Sequence record: SRR22947727_1908
Direction: 5' to 3' (one strand)
DNA length: 35,782 bases
Made by a program: the position numbers and the translations under genes. Shown here piece by piece: positions 19,909 to 28,339 of the stretch; the first letter of the stretch is position 1; every line of letters starts with the position of its first letter. Below the pieces are notes generated by a model that was not told the origin of the DNA, ran no database searches, and saw only the letters and a program-made list of their open reading frames with translations.

Positions 19909-21285
19909 ATGAGTGATACAGTAACTGAAGAGTTTGCTTCGTGGCTTTCGTCGTTTGAGCTCAGCGATGTTAGCCCCAGGATGAGGGAGGTTGCCCTTCT
20001 TGATCTGGTTGATGCGGCGGGTTTGTGTGTGGCAGCTGCACCTGAGATCTACGCCAAGCAATTAATCTCAAGTTGGGATAATGACGGTACTTGCACCGCA
20101 ATTGGCCATGCAAGGGGGTTGGATGCAGCTGGAGCTGCGCTTCTGAACGGGGTGGGCACCCACGGAGAGGACTTCGATGATACCCTAGAAGGAGCTCCAA
20201 TTCGCGTAGGTGCAATGACAATACCTGCTGCCCTTGCTGTCGGGGAGCGCTTCAACCTGACTGGTGAACGTGTGTTTTTAGGAATCTGTGCTGGGCTAGA
20301 GGCCGTGTGCAGGATCAATACAGTCGCGCCGGGGCACATTCACAAAGCTGGTTTCCACCCAGTTGGGGTGATTGGAGCGCTAGGTGCAGCCGCAGCAAGC
20401 TCTGTTACGCTTGGCTTGGATAAAGCGCAAACTACAGCAGCATTTGGTATCGCTGGAAGCCTTGCCTCGGGCATATTGGAGTATTTGACAGAAGGTTCCT
20501 GGACAAAACGCTTGCATCCAGGCTGGGCAGCGCAAAGCGGTGTCAAAGCCGCAATAATTGCAAGGTCTGGATTTTTTGCTCCAAAAACGGTGCTTGATGG
20601 GCCGCACAGCTTCTTCAACGCGTTTGCTCCAACCTCTGAGCCAGATTTTTCTGAAATGCTTGATGGATTTGGTTCCAAATGGTTGGCAGAGGATATTGTC
20701 TTTAAGCCATATGCCTGCGGCACCATGATACACCCATACATCGATTGCATGATCGAATTGCGCCGTCGCGGTATAAAAGCCGATCAGATAATTCGAATAA
20801 GTTGTAAGACTGGTGAGGGTTTGGTTCATCGGCTGTGGGAGCCGCTGGCAGCCAAGCACTCGCCGCCATCCGGATATGCCGCAAAGTTTTCGATGCCATT
20901 TTGTATGGCGGTCAGTTTCTTCGATGGTGATGCAGGATTGAATCAATTTTCTGATCAGCGCGTCAACGACCCTGAGGTTCTTAGACTGGCAGAGCTTATA
21001 AGCTATAAAATTGATCCGGAAAATGAGTACCCGCGAAACTATACGGGTCACATCAGAGTTGAGTTACGCTCTGGTGAGTTTATTGAGATTAATCAACCGC
21101 ACATGCGTGGAGGCAAGCATGAGCCGCTCACAGAGAAGCAAATTACTGAAAAATTTGTGAATAATTGCATACATGGGGGATGGAATCAGGGTGAACATGA
21201 GGCTCTGTTGGAGTTTTTGATGAATATGAATTCGCACCAAGACATGTTGGGTTTCGCGCGGGTTGCAAGTTCAGAGTCAGATTGA
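19909..21285 (+). CDS. MmgE/PrpD family protein (paralogue C; conserved His replaced by Arg)
   Basis: Contains NGVGTHGEDFDDTLEGAPIR, GFHPVG, TKRLHPGWAA, KPYACGTMIH and AKFSMPF. Clearly close to paralogue A. Confidence 0.9.
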   Translation: MSDTVTEEFASWLSSFELSDVSPRMREVALLDLVDAAGLCVAAAPEIYAKQLISSWDNDGTCTAIGHARGLDAAGAALLNGVGTHGEDFDDTLEGAPIRVGAMTIPAALAVGERFNLTGERVFLGICAGLEAVCRINTVAPGHIHKAGFHPVGVIGALGAAAASSVTLGLDKAQTTAAFGIAGSLASGILEYLTEGSWTKRLHPGWAAQSGVKAAIIARSGFFAPKTVLDGPHSFFNAFAPTSEPDFSEMLDGFGSKWLAEDIVFKPYACGTMIHPYIDCMIELRRRGIKADQIIRISCKTGEGLVHRLWEPLAAKHSPPSGYAAKFSMPFCMAVSFFDGDAGLNQFSDQRVNDPEVLRLAELISYKIDPENEYPRNYTGHIRVELRSGEFIEINQPHMRGGKHEPLTEKQITEKFVNNCIHGGWNQGEHEALLEFLMNMNSHQDMLGFARVASSESD

Positions 21286-21354
21286 GGGGTTGAATTATGT
21301 GGCCAGTGCCTTACCATCTTAAAAAAGGTCAATGTATCGATATGGGAGGAGATT

Positions 21355-22455
21355 ATGATTTTTAGAAATCTAGCCAAGGTTATGCTAACAGCTGCCGCAG
21401 GACTTTTGGTCAGCATTGCAGCTGTTTTGCCGGCATCAGCGGTAGACTTTAGTGGCAAAAAAATCACTATTATCACGCCATTTAAGGAAGGTGGTGGTAC
21501 CGATGGACTTGCCAGGTTGTTTGCACCTTATTTGCAAAAAGAACTACCAGGCAACCCTGATGTGATAGTGCTGAATCAGCCTGGCGGTGGCGGTGTAACC
21601 GGCAGCAACAAGTTCCAGCGCACGGATGTCAAAGACGGTACGGTGCTGGGGATGGGCTCAACCTCAACATTTGTCGCTTATGCAATCGGCGGTGATAAAG
21701 TTAAGTATGACCCCATGACTTGGGAGCCAATTATCTTGATGCTTCGTGGCGCTATCGTATACGCGAATGGCGACAAAATGGGCTTAAAGGGTGGATTAAA
21801 TGATCCTAAAGGCGATGTTGCAATCGCTCAGTCAAAGCCTGTCGTTATTGGTATGAAAACGCCAACCTCTGCTGAGTTGAGTGACTACCTCTCTTGGAGA
21901 ATGCTTGGTGCAAATGTCAAGCCAGTTTTTGGTTTGAGTACATCCAAGCAGCGCAAGGCTTATTTCCGTCAAGAAATCATGGCTAATGTTGATGGAACAG
22001 GGCCCTTCCTAACAAAAGTTATCGGTAAATCCGATTTTAATACAGTGCCAATGTTTGCCTTTGGTTACGATGGGCCTGACGGTAATAGACTTCGGGATCC
22101 TGATGCGCCTGATTTGCCTACAATGGAAGAGTTCTATCAAGCAGCTTTTGGAAAAGCGCCAAAAGGACCGGCTTATGATGCCTACCGAAACATTACTGGT
22201 TTGCGCGTGATGTCTAAATTAATTGCTCTTCCGCCTGGAACACCAAAAGACGTTGTTGACGTTTACGTTTCAGCTGTGAAGCGTATCGCTGAGGACCCGA
22301 AAGCAGCAAAAGCGATCAAAAAAGAAGTTGGAAGCTTGCCAGTTTTCTACGGTGAAGCTGCAAAACCAATCATGGCGGGTGGTTTTAAAATTAAGCCGTC
22401 GGCAAGAGAGTGGATGGCTAAGGAGCTTGGCGAAAAATTCAACGTAAAAATGTAA
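21355..22455 (+). CDS. Tripartite tricarboxylate transporter substrate-binding protein (TctC/Bug-like)
   Basis: Signal peptide ending LPASA, FSGK.I.II.PFKEGGGTD..AR, NQPGGGG..G.N and LPPGTP.DVV. RBS GGAGG. Confidence 0.85.
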   Translation: MIFRNLAKVMLTAAAGLLVSIAAVLPASAVDFSGKKITIITPFKEGGGTDGLARLFAPYLQKELPGNPDVIVLNQPGGGGVTGSNKFQRTDVKDGTVLGMGSTSTFVAYAIGGDKVKYDPMTWEPIILMLRGAIVYANGDKMGLKGGLNDPKGDVAIAQSKPVVIGMKTPTSAELSDYLSWRMLGANVKPVFGLSTSKQRKAYFRQEIMANVDGTGPFLTKVIGKSDFNTVPMFAFGYDGPDGNRLRDPDAPDLPTMEEFYQAAFGKAPKGPAYDAYRNITGLRVMSKLIALPPGTPKDVVDVYVSAVKRIAEDPKAAKAIKKEVGSLPVFYGEAAKPIMAGGFKIKPSAREWMAKELGEKFNVKM

Positions 22456-22478
22456 CCTGAGAGAATAATGACCATAAT

Positions 22479-22505
22479 GGAGCCACACGGGTGATGTGTG
22501 GCTCC
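22479..22505 (+). promoter_or_regulatory. Intercistronic stem-loop after the substrate-binding protein gene
   Basis: GGAGCCACAC (22479-22488) pairs with GTGTGGCTCC (22496-22505); 7-nt loop; no U-tract. Confidence 0.65.
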
Positions 22506-22534
22506 TCAACAGTATTAACGGTGCGAGGGAAATC

Positions 22535-24514
22535 ATGATTGATGCTGGCATTGCCGCTTTGGTTGCAATCACTAGTCCCATTCATATACTGCACTTGTTT
22601 TTTGGGGTTATCATCGGTCTTGTGGTGGGTATACTTCCGGGCCTTGGCGGCACTGCTGGACTAGCGCTGTTATTGCCGTTTGTGTTTGGCATGGATCCAA
22701 GCCTTGCACTTGCAATGATGATTGGCCTTCAGTCTGTTACTACCACTTCAGATACATTCCCCTCAGTTTTGATGGGTATTCCTGGGACTTCAGGTTCTCA
22801 AGCTACTGTTTTAGATGGGTTTCCGCTCGCCAAGAAAGGTGAGGGGGCAAGAGCACTGTCTGCGGCATTTATTTCCTCGATGTTTGGGGGAGTGTTTGGG
22901 GCTCTTGTTCTTTCGGTAGCAATTTTCTTTGCTATGCCGATAATTCTTGCTGTCGGCTTCGGTGAGCAAATGATGCTCGTTGTCCTCGCGTTAACCATGG
23001 TTGGAATGCTAACAGGGGCTAATCCTTGGAAAGGTTTAGCAGCTTGCGGTCTTGGTCTTATGCTTGGCTCACTTGGGGCCGCCCCTTTTACAGGCATTGA
23101 ACGTTTGGACTTTGGTACCGACTACCTGATTGACCCGCTGCCCCTCGTGGTTGTGGGGTTGGCAATGTTTGCCACTCCAGAAATTGTAGATCTTTTACGC
23201 CGTCAGGAAACTATTTCTGAAAAGCCCCTCATGGGGCATGGGTGGGCAGTAGGGTTTAGAGATTGGATGTCAAACAAATGGCTGTCGCTCAGGTGCGCGA
23301 TAATTGGGTGTTTGGTCGGCGCTTTGCCGGGCCTTGGTGGTACAGTGATAGACTGGATCGCTTATGGTCATGCTATCCAAACCACAAACAATAAAGAAAA
23401 GTATGGCACAGGTGACATTCGGGGCGTAATTGCTCCGGAGTCTGCCAACAATGCTAAAGAGGGTGGAGCTCTTGTGCCTACATTACTGTTCGGAATTCCT
23501 GGCTCTGGCAGTATGGCAATCCTACTTGGTGGTTTCGTTCTAATTGGTATTGAACCTGGTGTAGACATGGTGACCTATCAACTGGACCTCGTTTACCTTA
23601 TTATTTGGTCTGTTGCCTTGGCCAACATCATCGGCGCCGGTATTTGTTTCGTTCTGGCACCTCAGATTTCAAAACTTACAACAATAAAATATACACTGCT
23701 TGCACCCATAATGTTTGGGCTGATTTTCTTTGCTGCATTTCAGGCAACGCGGTCATGGGGGGATCTTATAGCCCTCTTCATTGTTAGTTTGCTTGGTATC
23801 TATATGAAGCGCTTTGGTTGGCCCCGCCCCGCGCTCTTGATCGGCTTTGTTCTGGCTGACCAAGTTGAGGAGCTTGTTTACCAAACTTTTACTGTTTATG
23901 GGTTGTCGGTATTTGAGCGGCCAATTGTTCTGGTGTTAGTGGGTTTGACCGCCTTATCAGTATTTGCTGTTATCAGGTTTAAAAATGAGCCAGCAGATTT
24001 GAGTGCTACAGGGCCTCACACTAACCAAAATAAGCTGCCTCAATTAATGTTTCTTGGTTCTATATTCTTATTTATCGGCATGCTTTTTGTTGATGCAATA
24101 CAGTATGATTATTTGACCGGCCTCTTTCCGATCTTTGCGACTTGTCTGACTGCAGCGTTTCTTATGCCTCTGTGTTTTCAAATAGTAACAAGCGCAGCAC
24201 CAAGCACGGCATTTTTTGACTCAGAGCGTGTTGCTGGCACTTCCGGCGGTTTACTTAAGTCAAACGAACATTACATCTTTTGGTTGTTTGGAATGTTGGT
24301 ATTCTCAGCTTTGGTTGGGTTTGTAATCGGTATTGCTGCTTTTATTCTTCTGTTTTTACTTCTAAAGGCACGCTTATCCGTTGTGAGGTCTGGCCTCGGT
24401 GCACTTGCTTTTGTACTTTTTTTGGGAGTTTTGTCCGACCGGCTCACACTTCAATACCCGACTGGCCTCCTGCAAGACGCTGCGGGCGTTGATCTCCCAT
24501 GGCCATTTCAATAA
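22535..24514 (+). CDS. TctA-family permease with a C-terminal TctB-like extension
   Basis: Contains G..PGLGG...LALLLP, IPGT....AT.LDG.P.A.KG, G.LPGLGG....W.AY and APESANNA..GG...PTL.FGIPG, plus about 160 aa of extra hydrophobic helices. Start moved to ATG 22535. Confidence 0.88.
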   Translation: MIDAGIAALVAITSPIHILHLFFGVIIGLVVGILPGLGGTAGLALLLPFVFGMDPSLALAMMIGLQSVTTTSDTFPSVLMGIPGTSGSQATVLDGFPLAKKGEGARALSAAFISSMFGGVFGALVLSVAIFFAMPIILAVGFGEQMMLVVLALTMVGMLTGANPWKGLAACGLGLMLGSLGAAPFTGIERLDFGTDYLIDPLPLVVVGLAMFATPEIVDLLRRQETISEKPLMGHGWAVGFRDWMSNKWLSLRCAIIGCLVGALPGLGGTVIDWIAYGHAIQTTNNKEKYGTGDIRGVIAPESANNAKEGGALVPTLLFGIPGSGSMAILLGGFVLIGIEPGVDMVTYQLDLVYLIIWSVALANIIGAGICFVLAPQISKLTTIKYTLLAPIMFGLIFFAAFQATRSWGDLIALFIVSLLGIYMKRFGWPRPALLIGFVLADQVEELVYQTFTVYGLSVFERPIVLVLVGLTALSVFAVIRFKNEPADLSATGPHTNQNKLPQLMFLGSIFLFIGMLFVDAIQYDYLTGLFPIFATCLTAAFLMPLCFQIVTSAAPSTAFFDSERVAGTSGGLLKSNEHYIFWLFGMLVFSALVGFVIGIAAFILLFLLLKARLSVVRSGLGALAFVLFLGVLSDRLTLQYPTGLLQDAAGVDLPWPFQ

Positions 24515-24584
24515 TCCACCTAATGTTGTGAGACGCGTGCTTTTGTATTTTTAGCGATAGAAAGCTCTTTGATGAGGTTAAAAA

Positions 24585-25700
24585 ATGATTTCTGATTTCA
24601 AAATAAGCTCATTGGAAGCTTTTGCGGTCGCAATGCCTTTGGTTGATGTTTTTACCAGTGGTGGAAAATCTAAAAATGTTGCCAAAAGTGTGGTTGTTAG
24701 GATCACGGCGTCTGATGGAAGCGTTGGAATAAGCAGTGCTGATCCATCAAGTCGTGCGGTGTTCCCGGAACGTGCAGAAGACCTGTCACACACGATAAAT
24801 AAAAAGCTTAAGCCTATGTTGATTGGACAATCACTGTTCAACATAAACCTTATCTCTAAAATTATTGCAAACAGCACTCAAACTCAGCTGGGTGCCCGAG
24901 CCGCAATTGAGACTGCGTGCGTTGATTTAATTTGTCGTCGCCTTGGCGTCTCATTGTCTGATTATCTTGGTGGAGTGTTGACGCCAACTGTTGACTTTAA
25001 TGGCTGGGTGGGCGAGTTGCCGCCAGATGATGCAGCCGTTGAGGCAGTGGGCTGGGTCAAAGCGGGCTTTAAATCAATGAAAATCAAGGTAGGCAGTGAC
25101 CTTCGTCAAGATATTGAGCGAGTACTGGCCATTCGTGATGTTGTAGGTGCTTCAGTAAGATTACGTATGGATGCCAATGAGCAATACAGTGTTAAACAAG
25201 CGTTAGAGCTTGATGAAGCTGTAAAAAACTGTGATCTCGAGCTATTTGAACAACCAGTCATTAGGAGTGATTTGGAGGGGCTTGCTGAAGTCAGACGCAA
25301 TTGTAAGACGCCAATCATGGCGGATGAGTCGATCAGTGATCACTCGAGTTTGTTGCGCGTGATTCGAGCAGACTGTGCAGATTATGTAAAATTTGGAGTT
25401 GCACAGGCTGGAGGCGTTCTTGCTGCTGGAAAGATGATCTCGACTGCAGCAGCAGCCGGTTTAAAGGTGGTTATGGGACACGGTTTTGGCCTCAATCCCA
25501 GCACCATGGCTGAGATCATGATTGGGGCGGCTTATGAAAATATCTTGCCAGGTCTTGAGTGTGTCGGTCCGCTAAAGGCTGCTGATACTGTGACAAACGA
25601 GGCGCTAGATATTAGTCCAGGATATTTTACCGTGCCAAACTCCCCCGGTTTATCAGTCACATTTGACGACGAGAAACTGGCTCGTTATCGGATTGATTGA
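24585..25700 (+). CDS. Enolase superfamily protein, muconate-lactonising/dipeptide-epimerase subgroup
   Basis: KxK (MKIKVG), metal ligands in DANE, EQP and ADES, and a second Lys in YVKF. Confidence 0.85.
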   Translation: MISDFKISSLEAFAVAMPLVDVFTSGGKSKNVAKSVVVRITASDGSVGISSADPSSRAVFPERAEDLSHTINKKLKPMLIGQSLFNINLISKIIANSTQTQLGARAAIETACVDLICRRLGVSLSDYLGGVLTPTVDFNGWVGELPPDDAAVEAVGWVKAGFKSMKIKVGSDLRQDIERVLAIRDVVGASVRLRMDANEQYSVKQALELDEAVKNCDLELFEQPVIRSDLEGLAEVRRNCKTPIMADESISDHSSLLRVIRADCADYVKFGVAQAGGVLAAGKMISTAAAAGLKVVMGHGFGLNPSTMAEIMIGAAYENILPGLECVGPLKAADTVTNEALDISPGYFTVPNSPGLSVTFDDEKLARYRID

Positions 25701-25828
25701 TTGACGAAGCTTTTTGCGTTGAACAATATTTTTGCTATTACTTTTGATCAAAATTTTGGCAGGCAAGATTTATAAGCCTTCACAAAAATTAGAGTCACCG
25801 TCTGAACAGGATGTCGAGCTAATCATGA

Positions 25829-26908
25829 TTAGGACTCAATTTTGTCCGTTTTGAAATAAACCGTATGATTATCGATATTAAAACTCAAGCCGTTGGCTCG
25901 CATTGCTTCAAAAATGGGCTCTAACACGCTGGTCTCGTCTTCTAAATCAGTAATGAAGGTTTGGTTCTTTTCGTCGCGTCTGACCAGAGAAAACCCAAAA
26001 GATTTTAATTTTTTGTCTTGGATGTTGACACGGCCTATCATTCCTACCCAATTTCCGTGCACTTTCCCTCGGTGGCCATTGTGGAAAACAAAACTCCCAA
26101 CGCCGTAAAAAATAGGTTTTGATTTATAAATTTCTGTGGGAAGTGGCATGTGTGGGCCATGCCCCAGAATTATATCTGCGCCAGCATCAATGGCTGCGTG
26201 AGCGATTTCACGCATATAATCAAGTACATCCTCTTTATAGCCCCAGTGGAATGAGGTGATCAAAATGTCCGTTGTCTCTCTCAGTTTGTGGATTTGTGTA
26301 ACGAGATCTTTGAGATATTTTTTGTCGGCCCATGTATGGATATCTGGAGGTGTGCCGGGCCGGTTTGATGCGTAACCATCAATTTTTGGGCTATAAGCAG
26401 TATGAATTTTTACCGTAGCGACACCGGGATGTGATGCGGACGCTTCATGATTGCTGGGCCAGTAAACAGATGTTCGCTGGATAAGCCCAACTCGAATGCC
26501 ATTGATTGTTTTTAAAGCTGGTTGGCACGCTTCTTCCCAATTTTTGCCTACTCCTGAAAACGCTATCTGCTGGTCGTTTAGAACAGCAATAGTTGACCTA
26601 ATTGCGTTATCACCAAAATTTGTGTTGTTAGCGTTACCAACCATAGTGATGTTGGCGGCTTTTAGAGCTTTCACAGCTGCTGGGTGTGCATAGAAGCCCT
26701 CACGCTGACCTGATCGTTCGTAGAAGTGTCCGGTGCAAGACTGATTATTTGCCGTACCTTCATTAGCAACGAAACAGCATTCCAAATTTGAAATCACCGC
26801 ATCTGCTGCCCACAATTCGGATCTTATGCGCTCAAAAACGTGCTTTGCATTTCCTAAGCCCATGAAGTTTAGATCACCGGTCAAAATAAATTTCTGCTCA
26901 ATTGACAT
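25829..26908 (-). CDS. CapA/PGA_cap-family metallophosphoesterase-fold protein, apparently cytoplasmic
   Basis: Contains TGD, NLE, ANNT (usually ANNH), SFHWG, AHAAIDAGAD.ILGHGPH...P.EIY..KPIFYG.GSF.F. No signal peptide or N-terminal anchor. Confidence 0.85.
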   Translation of the reverse strand: MSIEQKFILTGDLNFMGLGNAKHVFERIRSELWAADAVISNLECCFVANEGTANNQSCTGHFYERSGQREGFYAHPAAVKALKAANITMVGNANNTNFGDNAIRSTIAVLNDQQIAFSGVGKNWEEACQPALKTINGIRVGLIQRTSVYWPSNHEASASHPGVATVKIHTAYSPKIDGYASNRPGTPPDIHTWADKKYLKDLVTQIHKLRETTDILITSFHWGYKEDVLDYMREIAHAAIDAGADIILGHGPHMPLPTEIYKSKPIFYGVGSFVFHNGHRGKVHGNWVGMIGRVNIQDKKLKSFGFSLVRRDEKNQTFITDLEDETSVLEPIFEAMRANGLSFNIDNHTVYFKTDKIES

Positions 26909-27010
26909 AAAAAATCATCCTATCCTTTTTCAAAATATTTTGCTGTCAGCTGTGCCAGTTTAGACTAATGTTTTTTATTATGATTTAAATAACTTTGTGG
27001 CTAAACAGAG

Positions 27011-28339
27011 ATGAACAAAAGTATAGCAGAATTTGCAGCAAAGCTAAATTATCAGGATTTGCCTGAGCCTGTGGTTACAATAATTAAACATAGTTTTATT
27101 GATGCCATCGCTTGCGCTCTTTTTGGCTCCACCAAAGTATGGTCTGAAATGGCTCGAGATGTTGTTGCGTCCGAGAACCAAAATGGCACGTGTATTTTTC
27201 CCTCATTTCCAAAGAGTGGGCTGCCACCCAGTTCAGCAGCCCTCTTGCTAGGCTCTTACTGTCATGCTTTTGAACTGGATAACTTGCGCTTCCCAGGGGC
27301 AGGGGTGCACCCTGGTGCAGTAATTATGTGTCCTTTGGTGGCCTTGGCGCGGGAATATGGTCTGTCAGGCAGGAAGTTAATTGCATCTGCAGTTGTTGGT
27401 GTAGAAGCGTTGTCTCGTTTAGGGCTGGCCACAAAGCACTCGCTTGAAAATCGAGGGTTTCATGCGCCTGGGGTTATTGGGCCGGTGGGTGGAGCGATCG
27501 CTTGTGCAGCAGCTTTAGGAGCAAATTCTAAGCAGATTATGAATGCTAGCGGCATAGCTGCGTCGATGTCGGCTGGATTGCTTGCGTTTGCCAAGTCAGA
27601 TGGCGGTGGGATGATTAAGAGACTTCATCTTGGGCGGTCCGCAGAAGCCGCCGTAAGGGCAGCGCAACTTGCCATGAGAGGATTTGAAGGGCCAGATACG
27701 GCTGTGGATGGCCAATTTGGCCTATTAGAGGCGTTTTGTCCTGAGTTCAACAAAATTGCTTTAACCGAAGAGCTAGGTTCAAGGTGGGAGTCACTTTCGA
27801 TTTGTTTCAAGACATTTCCAGCTCACATAACAGCACATGCGCCACTGATGGCGACATTGGAATTGCTACAAACTTGTAAGTTTTCCATTTCTGAGATTGC
27901 CAGAATAACGATTTATGCATCTAAAAAGGTAGTTTCTCATCATAATATCAAACAGCCCCATGACATAATGCAAGCACAGTATTCGGTTCCATTCTGCCTT
28001 GCTGCTGGCCTTGTTGTAGATTTAAGTGACCCAGAAAATTTTAACTCAGATTTATTGCAAAATCCTGTTTTGCAGGCAATTTTGCAAAAAATTGAGGTCT
28101 TTGAACATGATGGACAGGCCGAGCATTCATGGCATGCTCGCGTGACGATTACCATGCAAGATGGACAAGTAATTGAAAATGATGCAGCCCAGTTCCGGGG
28201 GCTGCCCAACATGCCGATGAGTGACTATGACATTTCTAGGAAGTTTCATCTGCTTACGAAAAGAGTCACAGTTCCAAATCATTTGTTATCAGATTTGATG
28301 AAAATGGAGGATTTGCAAACCTTACCAGGCATGGTTTGA
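27011..28339 (+). CDS. MmgE/PrpD family protein (paralogue D)
   Basis: Contains A.F...L.Y.DLP..V, HAFELDNLRFPGAGVHPG, GFHAPG, KRLHLG, KTFPAHITAH, AQYSVPF and G.P..PM. Confidence 0.9.
   Translation: MNKSIAEFAAKLNYQDLPEPVVTIIKHSFIDAIACALFGSTKVWSEMARDVVASENQNGTCIFPSFPKSGLPPSSAALLLGSYCHAFELDNLRFPGAGVHPGAVIMCPLVALAREYGLSGRKLIASAVVGVEALSRLGLATKHSLENRGFHAPGVIGPVGGAIACAAALGANSKQIMNASGIAASMSAGLLAFAKSDGGGMIKRLHLGRSAEAAVRAAQLAMRGFEGPDTAVDGQFGLLEAFCPEFNKIALTEELGSRWESLSICFKTFPAHITAHAPLMATLELLQTCKFSISEIARITIYASKKVVSHHNIKQPHDIMQAQYSVPFCLAAGLVVDLSDPENFNSDLLQNPVLQAILQKIEVFEHDGQAEHSWHARVTITMQDGQVIENDAAQFRGLPNMPMSDYDISRKFHLLTKRVTVPNHLLSDLMKMEDLQTLPGMV

Noticed and set aside
20380-21051. 223-aa antisense ORF inside paralogue C
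   Set aside because: It lies entirely opposite a well-supported gene and has no recognisable motifs; shadow ORF.
25829-26908. Poly-gamma-glutamate capsule synthesis
   Set aside because: No capB/capC, no membrane anchor, and a catabolic context.
26940-26960. TGGCAC-containing sigma54-like site upstream of the CapA-like gene (minus strand)
   Set aside because: The GG-to-GC spacing is 11 nt instead of the required 10, and TTGC is absent.
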